Positions 40,131-48,327 of a stretch of DNA of 64,000 nt are shown one piece after another. Source of the DNA: an archaeon (GTDB lineage: Archaea; Iainarchaeota; Iainarchaeia; Iainarchaeales; JAAZKV01). Position 1 is the first letter of the stretch, and the number at the start of each line of letters is the position of its first letter. The position numbers and the translations under genes were made by a program. Location: contig JBAZUY010000001.1 of the NCBI GenBank assembly GCA_041661245.1, forward strand, positions 64,491-128,490, read 5' to 3'. A model generated the notes under the pieces. It was not told where the DNA came from, ran no database searches, and worked only from the letters and a program-made list of their open reading frames with translations.

Positions 40131-41048
40131 ATGGACATACTAATACTCGCGGAGAAAAAGAAAAATGCTGAAATGTTCGTGAGCGCAATTAAGGCAAAAG
40201 GCCATAATGCAACCTATATTCGCTTGTCCAAAATAATATTAGTCAGCAAACAAAATGAGAGCTTAATAAAATCTAAGGGAGAGGAATTAGCCCCCTATGA
40301 TGCAGTATTTATCCAAGCAAGAACTACCCTTGCCCCATTCATAGAGCCATTACTTGACCAATTAGAATCAGAAGGCTGCTACACCACTTCTAAAAAAGGC
40401 TCGTATTATATTGGAATGAACGAACCATACCAATTTGTAACCCTTTCTGTTGCAAAAGCACCAATACCAAAATCAATTACTTCAGGAAATGCAAAAAACA
40501 TTGAACACTTGTCAAAAAAACTAACTTACCCGTTACTTGCAAAATCCTTTATTGGAAGAACTGTCCAACAAGCAATCGTAGTAAACAACGCAAGAGCGCT
40601 AAATAGTTACATTAAAAGTATAAAAACAGAGATTGACGGATTCATGTTACGCCAATTCTCCAAAGCAGACATCATTTCGAGTGTAATGATTGGAAAAAAA
40701 ATATTCTCGGTGAAAAGAAAATTTACTGACGGAATAACTGCTGAAATTAGCGAAGGAAAAATTTACAAAGTAAGTGAGAGTGAAACAAAAACCATTTTCT
40801 CAGCAGCAAAAGCCTGCGGGTATGATATTGCAAGAGTAGATTTGTGTAAAGGAAAAATTGTGAAAGTTGATCCAATAATACCTTGGACGGATTTTAATAA
40901 GATTTGCTCAGAAAGAATTGAAGATTATGTGGCGGATTTTTTAATTGAACAAGCTATCCAAAATGAAGGAAAAAGAAAAGTTAAATATGATTTCCTAGGA
41001 TTAAGAAAAATATTTGGAAAAACTATTCTTGGGTGGTTATTCAAATGA
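40131..41048 (+). CDS. RimK/LysX-like ATP-grasp protein, apparently divergent at the metal-binding region
   Basis: LTYPLLAKSFIGRTVQQAIVV..., CGYDIARVDLCKGKIVKVDPIIPWTDF; the usual ExN metal motif is not evident. Confidence 0.75.
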   Translation: MDILILAEKKKNAEMFVSAIKAKGHNATYIRLSKIILVSKQNESLIKSKGEELAPYDAVFIQARTTLAPFIEPLLDQLESEGCYTTSKKGSYYIGMNEPYQFVTLSVAKAPIPKSITSGNAKNIEHLSKKLTYPLLAKSFIGRTVQQAIVVNNARALNSYIKSIKTEIDGFMLRQFSKADIISSVMIGKKIFSVKRKFTDGITAEISEGKIYKVSESETKTIFSAAKACGYDIARVDLCKGKIVKVDPIIPWTDFNKICSERIEDYVADFLIEQAIQNEGKRKVKYDFLGLRKIFGKTILGWLFK

Positions 41049-41974
41049 CTCCCACAAAAATAATTTTCCCAGAACACACTCAAATACAAAAAGAAAATAA
41101 GAGTCTTTTAATAATCGGGTCAAAAACTTACAAACAATCAACCGTAAACATGCTTCTTGAAGAAGCAAAAAAGAAATTTTCAAATGTAATGTTTGTCCCA
41201 ATCGACAAAATACAAATACTTTCAGTTGAAGGAAAAACTGAACTCATTTACAAGGACAAAAACCTTCTTGAATTTGATGCAATTTACCCAAGACTTTCTT
41301 CAAGAGACTTTTTACTAGGAGAAGCGGTACTGAAAACAATTGAGAATAGCAAAGCATACTGCCCAGTAAATCTATCTGCATACCAAATATCAAATCATAA
41401 ATTTTATACCTCAAAAAAATTATCAAATCAAGGAATACCTGGGATTACAAGTACTTTATTTATTTCCCCAAAATATGCAGATTATGCCGTGGACGAAACA
41501 GGGTATCCTTTTGTAATGAAATTAATCTCAGGATTTGCAGGAAAAGGAGTTGTATTAATTAACTCTAAAGAACAAATGGAAAGCATACTTGAAGCAGTAC
41601 ACCTCTTTGAAGAATTTATTTCAACCCAAAAATTCATTAAGGGAAAAGACTCGGATGTACGATGCTATGTTATTGGAGATTATGTAATTGCAGTAAAAAG
41701 AAAATGTAAAAAAGGAGATTGGAGAGCAAACATTTCAAGAGGAGGAAGTGCAAGTCTAATTAATCCAACTCCCGAAATGCTAAATATTGCAAAAACAAGT
41801 GCAAAAGCACTTGGAATGGATTTGTGCTCAGTAGATTTAATGGAATACAAGAAAAAATGGGTAGTAATAGAAGTAAACTTTATGCCAGGACCTTTTAGAA
41901 AATTCCTCGGAAGCATGATTGCACAACAATGGATAAGATTTTTGTTTGAAAAATCAGGTAAGAACCAAAAATAA
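41045..41974 (+). CDS. RimK/LysX-like ATP-grasp ligase
   Basis: YPFVMKLISGFAGKGVVLINS, DVRCYVIGDYVIAVKRKCKKGDWRANISRGG, WVVIEVNFMPG. Likely start ATG 41045 overlaps the upstream stop (ATGA). Confidence 0.9.
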   Translation: MTPTKIIFPEHTQIQKENKSLLIIGSKTYKQSTVNMLLEEAKKKFSNVMFVPIDKIQILSVEGKTELIYKDKNLLEFDAIYPRLSSRDFLLGEAVLKTIENSKAYCPVNLSAYQISNHKFYTSKKLSNQGIPGITSTLFISPKYADYAVDETGYPFVMKLISGFAGKGVVLINSKEQMESILEAVHLFEEFISTQKFIKGKDSDVRCYVIGDYVIAVKRKCKKGDWRANISRGGSASLINPTPEMLNIAKTSAKALGMDLCSVDLMEYKKKWVVIEVNFMPGPFRKFLGSMIAQQWIRFLFEKSGKNQK

Positions 41975-42036
41975 ACCAAGAGTCAAATAAAAAGCAATAT
42001 TAACTTCGCGTATGCTTACATATTACAGGCGATATT

Positions 42037-43173
42037 ATGCGATTTTTCAATTACACCCTTATTGATCAAAAAATCTGCCAACTAGCCGGCGCTATTGAAA
42101 CTAATCTACTAACTTACATTAACCCTCAAAATCTTGGAGAACAAAAGAAAAAATTCTTTGAATCCTTAAACAAAAATGAACAATATAACCCAGTTTTTAC
42201 TTACGCGTCAAGAAATCCACTTTATACATATTTTGACATGAATCCCAATTTTAAAATATACCAAAATGAATTAAAGGAATTAATTAAAGACCTCGGGGAA
42301 GACTCATTAGGAATAATATTTGAAAAAAAAATAATTGATCTTTTTGAGAGAATGGAACTAGTACGAAGCGTAGGAACCGAAAACTTTGCAGGAAACTCCG
42401 AATCCTATTATGGCACTGTGGACCCCCAAACATTAAGAAGAGCTAAAGAGTTATTGTCAAAAGAAATTGTTCTTGAGGAGAAAAAAATTCACTTTGATGA
42501 AGCGAAAAAAGTAATTGAAGCATTTTTGAAAAAGAAAAAACTCAATTACAAAGTAAAACAACGAGAAACTGAAAACGGAGCAAAATTTTCAGTAAATATA
42601 AGAACAAAAGAAATCTTCATTAACAAGGATGTGTTCTTTTCTGAAAATACACTCCGAAGACTTATTGCTCACGAAATAGAAGGACACGTTTACCGATATG
42701 AAAATGGACTCCTGCAGCCATATGGAATATTTTCAAGAGGATTATCAAAAGAAACACTTGAAACGGAAGAAGGCCTTGCAGTTTATATTGAACAACAACA
42801 AAAAATTAATATTGATGCCCAACTCAAAGAATATGCTGGAAGAGTCATGGCTATTACTACCGCATCAAAGAAAAGTTTCTTTGAAACATTTGAAGAAATG
42901 AACAAATACTTTTCACAAGAAGACTCCTTCACACTCGCGCTCCGAGCAAAAAGAGGAACATGGAAACAAGATGTTGGAAGTGCTTTTACAAAAGATGCAC
43001 TTTACTTAAAAGGGCTGCTATTGGTTGAAGACTTTTTGAAAGACCAAAAAGTTGAAACCCTTTACCACGGAAGATATTCCATAAACGACACCCCATTGGC
43101 TTTGGATATTGCGGGACTTGTAAAACCAGCACATCTGCCAGAGTGCTTAAAGAAAGAGAGCGCGAGAACATGA
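42037..43173 (+). CDS. DUF1704/QEGLA-motif metallopeptidase (MATCAP/TMCP-like)
   Basis: RRLIAHEIEGHVYRYENG (HExxxH) and LETEEGLAVYIEQQQ (QEGLA-like). Confidence 0.85.
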   Translation: MRFFNYTLIDQKICQLAGAIETNLLTYINPQNLGEQKKKFFESLNKNEQYNPVFTYASRNPLYTYFDMNPNFKIYQNELKELIKDLGEDSLGIIFEKKIIDLFERMELVRSVGTENFAGNSESYYGTVDPQTLRRAKELLSKEIVLEEKKIHFDEAKKVIEAFLKKKKLNYKVKQRETENGAKFSVNIRTKEIFINKDVFFSENTLRRLIAHEIEGHVYRYENGLLQPYGIFSRGLSKETLETEEGLAVYIEQQQKINIDAQLKEYAGRVMAITTASKKSFFETFEEMNKYFSQEDSFTLALRAKRGTWKQDVGSAFTKDALYLKGLLLVEDFLKDQKVETLYHGRYSINDTPLALDIAGLVKPAHLPECLKKESART

Positions 43174-44240
43174 TTTCAATAGATGATTCAACGAAAATCA
43201 AAAACATTAAACCACTTACTCTTCAAGCCCTACAAAAAGTGTTTGACCTCTATGAGATTACCCCGAAAAGCAATGTGCTTTTGTGGAGCAATACAAGCAA
43301 AAATAAGGTTTCTGAAAAACTAGCAAAAACATTTCTCCAAAGACTCAATCAACTCGGGTGCACCACATCTGTAATAATTGAAAAAGAAAAAACAAAACTG
43401 GGCCCAGCATCAAAAAAAACCCAAAAATGTATTCTTTCATTGACCCAGGGGGATATCTTTATTTCAATAGGCGCAGGAAATAGGGGATACGTGGAACAGA
43501 ATGGAAAACATGTTTTAATGAGAAAACTCATGAAAAAACAAGGGTTTAGGATGGTTTCTCTTGGAGGACTGGATTCAATAAAACTGCATAGAATAAATTC
43601 ATTTTTTGAAAGTTTTAATCATAATCAAAAAGAAATTAACTCCCTCAATAAAAAAATCAAAAATCTTTTAGAAAAAACAAAAACAATCAAAATTACTTGC
43701 CCAAAAGGAAGTAACTTAACAATGGAACTTAATAAAAACCCCGTGATTTCAAACGATGGAAACTGGAAAAAATACTCCACAAACTACCCAATAGGCGAAG
43801 TATACACCGCACCGAAAGAAGATTCCTGCAATGGAATTGCATTTGTTTCAAGCGCAAAGGTTTCTGGAAAAACTATTCTGCCCAAAAAACCAATAAAATT
43901 TATTTTTGAAAAAGGCTTACTTAAATCCACAAATAGCAAAGAAATTAACTCAAATCTAAAATATGTGGAGAAATTCAATAAAAAAAATAATATATTAAAT
44001 TGGAAAACCGCACCCCGAACAATTGCTGAGTTTGCTATTGGAACAAATAGAAAAGCAAGTATTGTGGGCGCAATGATTTGTGATGAAAAAACTCTGGGCA
44101 CTTGCCACTTTGCCATAGGAAACAATAAACACCTTGGAGGAAAAACTTACTGCCACGGACACTTTGATAACGTAATAAAAAATCCCACAATATGGTTTGA
44201 TGGAAAAAAAATAATGACAAATGGAAAACTTTTATTTTGA
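43170..44240 (+). CDS. M29-like (AmpS-related) aminopeptidase
   Basis: TIAEFAIGTNRKASIVGAMICDEKTLGTCHFAIGNNKHLGGKTYCHGHFDNV; ATG 43170 overlaps the upstream TGA. Confidence 0.75.
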   Translation: MISIDDSTKIKNIKPLTLQALQKVFDLYEITPKSNVLLWSNTSKNKVSEKLAKTFLQRLNQLGCTTSVIIEKEKTKLGPASKKTQKCILSLTQGDIFISIGAGNRGYVEQNGKHVLMRKLMKKQGFRMVSLGGLDSIKLHRINSFFESFNHNQKEINSLNKKIKNLLEKTKTIKITCPKGSNLTMELNKNPVISNDGNWKKYSTNYPIGEVYTAPKEDSCNGIAFVSSAKVSGKTILPKKPIKFIFEKGLLKSTNSKEINSNLKYVEKFNKKNNILNWKTAPRTIAEFAIGTNRKASIVGAMICDEKTLGTCHFAIGNNKHLGGKTYCHGHFDNVIKNPTIWFDGKKIMTNGKLLF

Positions 44241-44254
44241 ATACAACAACAAAA

Positions 44255-44905
44255 CTAATCCAATAAATATTTTATGTTTTCATAAGTTGTCTCTTTAGGA
44301 GTAAGTACTAAATCTGCTTGGGAATAATCTTGTTCAAAAAAAACATTTGTTTTGATAATTAGGCATTTCATTCCCGCAGCTTTTGCGGCAGTTAAACCCA
44401 AAACTGAATCCTCCAGCACAAGACAATGTTTTGGATTAACTTTAAGTAGTTCAGCAGCTTTCAAGTAAGGATCGGGATTTGGTTTATGTTTCACTGTATC
44501 CTCAAGTCCGACTATTTCATCAAAATAATTTCTTATTCCAAAATCTTCAAGAATTTTAGTTGTAACCTCTCTTTTTGTTGAAGTCGCAATCCCTAACTTA
44601 TATCCCTTTTCTTTCAAAACCTTTGCTAACTCCACTACTTCTCTTACAAGACAATTCTTTGATAAAAGTGAATAATAAAATTCTCTTTGGATTTTTCTAT
44701 ATTCTTCCCAATCCACTGGATACTTTGAGAGTAAAAATTCTTTATAATGATCTGGAGATCTAGCATATATTTGCTTAAAATCAGTTTCATCAAAGTTAAA
44801 TCCAACTTTTTTTAAACCTTGTTTTATGGATTCTTTGTGAATCATCTCAGAGTCAATTAAAACTCCATCTCGATCAAAAATAATAGCTTTAATCATAAAA
44901 GTCAC
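44255..44905 (-). CDS. HAD-superfamily phosphatase (beta-phosphoglucomutase-like)
   Basis: IIFDRDGVLIDSEMIHKE, IATSTKREVTTKIL, KHKPNPDPYLKAAELLKVNPKHCLVLEDS. Confidence 0.9.
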   Translation of the reverse strand: MTFMIKAIIFDRDGVLIDSEMIHKESIKQGLKKVGFNFDETDFKQIYARSPDHYKEFLLSKYPVDWEEYRKIQREFYYSLLSKNCLVREVVELAKVLKEKGYKLGIATSTKREVTTKILEDFGIRNYFDEIVGLEDTVKHKPNPDPYLKAAELLKVNPKHCLVLEDSVLGLTAAKAAGMKCLIIKTNVFFEQDYSQADLVLTPKETTYENIKYLLD

Positions 44906-44953
44906 AATAGTTAACTAAAAAACAACTAGTTTTCTTTTTGGATAAACCTTAGA

Positions 44954-44978
44954 CTTTTTCTTTTCGAAAAAGAAAAAG
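44954..44978 (-). terminator. Perfect 11-bp inverted repeat downstream of tRNA-Leu
   Basis: CTTTTTCTTTT-CGA-AAAAGAAAAAG. Confidence 0.55.
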
Positions 44979-44985
44979 GCTTGGA

Positions 44986-45069
44986 TGCACGGGAACGGAA
45001 TCGAACCGTTGAACGCACTAAGCGACCAGATTTTGAGTCTGGTGGGTTTAACCGCTCCCCAACCCGTGC
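44986..45069 (-). tRNA. tRNA-Leu, anticodon CAA
   Basis: Minus strand GCACGGG...CCAGA-CTCAAAA-TCTGG...long variable arm...AACGG-TTCGATT-CCGTT-CCCGTGC-A; type II tRNA. Confidence 0.96.
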
Positions 45070-45178
45070 AAATTGAATATCAAGAGCTTTGTTCTTGAAT
45101 AAAAAAAATAGATTTCGTTAGTTATTAAATACTGCGTGTTAGGGGCAAAAATAAGGAGATTTGCTTAATTAAACCTTT

Positions 45179-45595
45179 TTACTTAAATTCCAAAATATCC
45201 CTATATTTTACTAACGGAGTATCTTTTGATTTAATAAAAATTGACCCCTCTTCATTAGCCAAAAGCTCTTCAACAGAATTTGAACCCACTTTCAAATCCA
45301 TAATCGTTAATTCTTTCCCATTTAGTTTAGCCTTCATTTTTTTCTTTAATTTACCGCACTCAACAAACCCCAAAACCATTGTAAGAGTCCCAGTATCATA
45401 GACCCCCGAAACTTTGAATCTATTAAATTGTTTTGCTTTTTGTAAAAACACTTCTCCGGAAGTTTCTCTATCCTTCGCACCATTTTTTACATGATTAGGA
45501 ATTAGAACTGAAGAATCCTCTGCCCCGCCAAGAATCATATCCTCTTCGGATTGAACAGAATCATTCTTTTTCTTTAAAAAATCAAACAAACCCAT
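45179..45595 (-). CDS. Hypothetical protein
   Basis: 138 aa; MGLFDFLKKKNDSVQSEEDMILGG then a beta-rich region. Confidence 0.65.
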   Translation of the reverse strand: MGLFDFLKKKNDSVQSEEDMILGGAEDSSVLIPNHVKNGAKDRETSGEVFLQKAKQFNRFKVSGVYDTGTLTMVLGFVECGKLKKKMKAKLNGKELTIMDLKVGSNSVEELLANEEGSIFIKSKDTPLVKYRDILEFK

Positions 45596-45797
45596 AAACT
45601 AAAGATGCTTAGAAACAAATAAAAAGTCTGCCAAAGAGACAAAATACTCCAATTGCTATTTAACAATCAAAACAATGCTTAGGAAATCCTTTTGAGAAAG
45701 CCAACTACATTTATTGAGATAATGCCCACTAAACAGGCAGGATTAAATACTTGAAAAAGTAGAATTACTAATCGACTCTGTGCGAGGTGAAAAATAA

Positions 45798-45872
45798 ATG
45801 GCTCCAAAAAGTAAAGCAAAACCAAAAGCAAAAGCGGCTAAAAAAAGTGGCGGATGTTGCTGCTGCCAATAA
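45798..45872 (+). CDS. Candidate Lys/Ala-rich 24-aa microprotein ending in four cysteines plus Gln (not in ORF track)
   Basis: MAPKSKAKPKAKAAKKSGGCCCCQ*; SD-like GAGGTGA just upstream; hairpin just downstream. Confidence 0.6.
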   Translation: MAPKSKAKPKAKAAKKSGGCCCCQ

Positions 45873-45889
45873 ATAAATTAAATTAATTC

Positions 45890-45912
45890 GCTGGAGTAAA
45901 AAAAACTCCAGC
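45890..45912 (+). terminator. Terminator-like hairpin after microprotein 1
   Basis: GCTGGAGT-AAAAAAA-ACTCCAGC followed by T-rich AACTATTTTTTT. Confidence 0.65.
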
Positions 45913-46035
45913 AACTATTTTTTTAAAAAATAATAAACGTGAGAAAAATATCTCTAAAAAAATACCAATGCTTATATATTAGATAAGGACTCTTCTGAAT
46001 AGAACTAATTTTTTTGGTTCAGGGGTGAAATAAAA

Positions 46036-46086
46036 ATGGCAGCAAAAAAGAAAAAAGCAGTTAAGAGAAAAGCTAAGAAAAAATAA
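46036..46086 (+). CDS. Candidate 16-aa lysine-rich microprotein (not in ORF track)
   Basis: MAAKKKKAVKRKAKKK*; SD-like AGGGGTGA upstream; TATA-like CTTATATATTA further upstream. Confidence 0.55.
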   Translation: MAAKKKKAVKRKAKKK

Positions 46087-46112
46087 TTTTCTAGTAAAAC
46101 TATTTTTTGTAA

Positions 46113-46136
46113 GGCGAAAGGATTTTTCCTTTCGCC
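46113..46136 (+). terminator. Terminator-like hairpin after microprotein 2
   Basis: GGCGAAAGG-ATTTTT-CCTTTCGCC. Confidence 0.65.
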
Positions 46137-46324
46137 AAAAATAAAACAGCAAAACAATTTTAACAAACTTCTCCAGTTAATTGCAAATATTGTATTTCAA
46201 CTGCAAAATAAATAAATTAATCAATAAATTTTTTATAATAAAACAAATAATTCATTATTGAAAAAATCTATCTGGTTTAAAATACTTTCATCATTCATTT
46301 ATTTATTGCCTTTAGTGGATTACA

Positions 46325-47749
46325 ATGTTTCAAAAAGAAGAACAAGAAAAAAATCACGATCAAAACTCAGAAAAAAATTCTGTTCAACAGGATTCTGAAA
46401 CTAAAAATGGTAACGGTAACGGACACGACGAAACAAAAGTAAAAACAAAACAACCTTTTGAATCAAAAAAATTCTTATTCGTTTCAATAGATGCACTAAT
46501 CACAGACATCGCATGGCAGGTAAAGAAAGAAGGACATGAGGTAAAATACTATATTGAAGACAAAGGCGAAAATGAAGTTGGGGACGGATTCGTTGAAAAG
46601 GTAACTGACTGGGAAAAAGAAGTTGATTGGGCGGATGTAATTGTTTTTGATGATGTTTTAGGACACGGAAAAAAAGCCAAAGCAATGAGAGATAGAGGAA
46701 AAAAAGTTGTAGGCGGAACACCATATACTGATCGATTAGAGGATGAAAGAGCATTTGGACAAGAAGAATTAGTGAAATACGGAATACCAGTAGCACCATA
46801 CAAAGATTTTACTAAATTTGATGATGCAATTCAATTTGTAAAGGATAACCCTGGAAAATATGTAATAAAACCAAGCGGAGAAGCGCAAAACAACAAAGGA
46901 CTATTGTTTATCGGTGAAGAAGAAGATGGAAAAGATGTTATCCAAGTATTAATGGATTACAAAAGTGCTTGGCAAAAGAAAATACCTGATTTTCAACTCC
47001 AAAAGAAACTCAGCGGAGTAGAAGTTGCGGTAGGAGCATTCTTCAATGGAAAAGAATTCATTTACCCAGTAAACATTAACTTTGAACACAAAAAATTATT
47101 TCCTGGAAACCTTGGACCCTCAACAGGAGAAATGGGAACTACAATGTTCTGGACTGGTCCGAACAAATTATTTAACTCAACTCTAAAAAAGTTCGAACAA
47201 AAGTTTGCAGAAGAAAACTATGTAGGGTATATTGACATTAATTTTATAGTAAACACTAACGGAATATATCCCCTTGAATGGACTTCACGCTTCGGATATC
47301 CAACAATAAGTATCCAGCAGGAATCATTCATTACCCCTATTGGAGAATTTTTATACGATTTAGCAAACGGTAACAACCCAAAACTTAAAGTAAAGAGCGG
47401 ATTCCACATAGGAGTAAGAATAGTAGTACCTCCCTTCCCATTCGATGATGACAAAACTTTTGAAGTAAAGTCAAAAGACTCAATAATATTTTTGAAGAAA
47501 CCAAATTATGAAGGAATACACTTAGAAGATGTAAAAATGGTTAATGATGAATGGCTAGTAACAGGAAACACAGGGGTAATACTAATCGTTTGCGGAAGCG
47601 GACAGACAATGAGACAAGCTCAAAAACAAGCATACAGCCGAATAAAAAATATTCTAATACCCCACATGTACTACCGAACAGATATTGGGGACAGATGGTT
47701 TGAAGACTCGGATAAATTAACTACTTGGGGATATTTAAGAGAAGCTTAA
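46325..47749 (+). CDS. PurD-like ATP-grasp protein of unknown substrate
   Basis: KYVIKPSGEAQNNKGLLFIGEE, GVEVAVGAFFNGKEFI, LFPGNLGPSTGEMGT, YVGYIDINFIVNTNGIYPLEWTSRFGYP; Asn/Gly-rich N-terminal tail. Confidence 0.85.
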   Translation: MFQKEEQEKNHDQNSEKNSVQQDSETKNGNGNGHDETKVKTKQPFESKKFLFVSIDALITDIAWQVKKEGHEVKYYIEDKGENEVGDGFVEKVTDWEKEVDWADVIVFDDVLGHGKKAKAMRDRGKKVVGGTPYTDRLEDERAFGQEELVKYGIPVAPYKDFTKFDDAIQFVKDNPGKYVIKPSGEAQNNKGLLFIGEEEDGKDVIQVLMDYKSAWQKKIPDFQLQKKLSGVEVAVGAFFNGKEFIYPVNINFEHKKLFPGNLGPSTGEMGTTMFWTGPNKLFNSTLKKFEQKFAEENYVGYIDINFIVNTNGIYPLEWTSRFGYPTISIQQESFITPIGEFLYDLANGNNPKLKVKSGFHIGVRIVVPPFPFDDDKTFEVKSKDSIIFLKKPNYEGIHLEDVKMVNDEWLVTGNTGVILIVCGSGQTMRQAQKQAYSRIKNILIPHMYYRTDIGDRWFEDSDKLTTWGYLREA

Positions 47750-47820
47750 TAATAACTGATTTCAAAAAATGTTTTTTTAACTAGTGCTCGACACGATTTT
47801 TGTGTTAAATGATTGGTATG

Positions 47821-48294
47821 AATCATGAGAAAGAAAAAGTTATTCAAAAAATAAAGAATACTTACTGTCGAATAATGCCTTCAAAGCTTCACGGCGTTGG
47901 AGTATTTGCGATAAGAGACATCCCAAAAGATATAAATCCATTCGGGATAGAAACAAAACAAAAATGGGTCCGAGTTCACTTAAAAGACCTTGGCGAAATA
48001 CACCCAAACCTTAACGAGATGATAGAAGCATTTTATGTAATAAAAAAAGACGGAAGTGTATGGATAAACTCAGGCGGACTCGGATCAATTGGAATATCCT
48101 TTTACATGAACACTTCAAAAAACCCAAACATGAAAACAATTGATGAAGGATTTACTTTTATTACAAGCAAAGAAATAAAATGCGGGGAAGAGTTGCTCGC
48201 AGATTATGGAGAATTCGACTGGAAATACAAGCAATCCGAGAAAGATAAAACAAAAACTAAATTGATAAAGAAAAACAAAACTAAAGGCAAGTAA
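47821..48294 (+). CDS. SET-domain protein
   Basis: LHGVGVFAIRDIPKD, SFYMNTSKNPNM, KEIKCGEELLADYGEFDW. Confidence 0.85.
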   Translation, partial: NHEKEKVIQKIKNTYCRIMPSKLHGVGVFAIRDIPKDINPFGIETKQKWVRVHLKDLGEIHPNLNEMIEAFYVIKKDGSVWINSGGLGSIGISFYMNTSKNPNMKTIDEGFTFITSKEIKCGEELLADYGEFDWKYKQSEKDKTKTKLIKKNKTKGK

Positions 48295-48327
48295 AAAAAT
48301 GGAAGAATTAACTGCGAAGATGATCTT

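Noticed and set aside
46036-46325. Lysine-sensing attenuator controlling the ATP-grasp gene as the preferred explanation of the 16-aa ORF
   Set aside because: A separate SD-like site, hairpin and about 190 nt gap before the next gene, plus a similar upstream microORF unit, favour standalone small genes. Kept only as an alternative.
46500-46803. Minus-strand ORFs opposite the ATP-grasp gene
   Set aside because: Leu/Pro/Ser-rich shadow ORFs overlapping a well-supported CDS.
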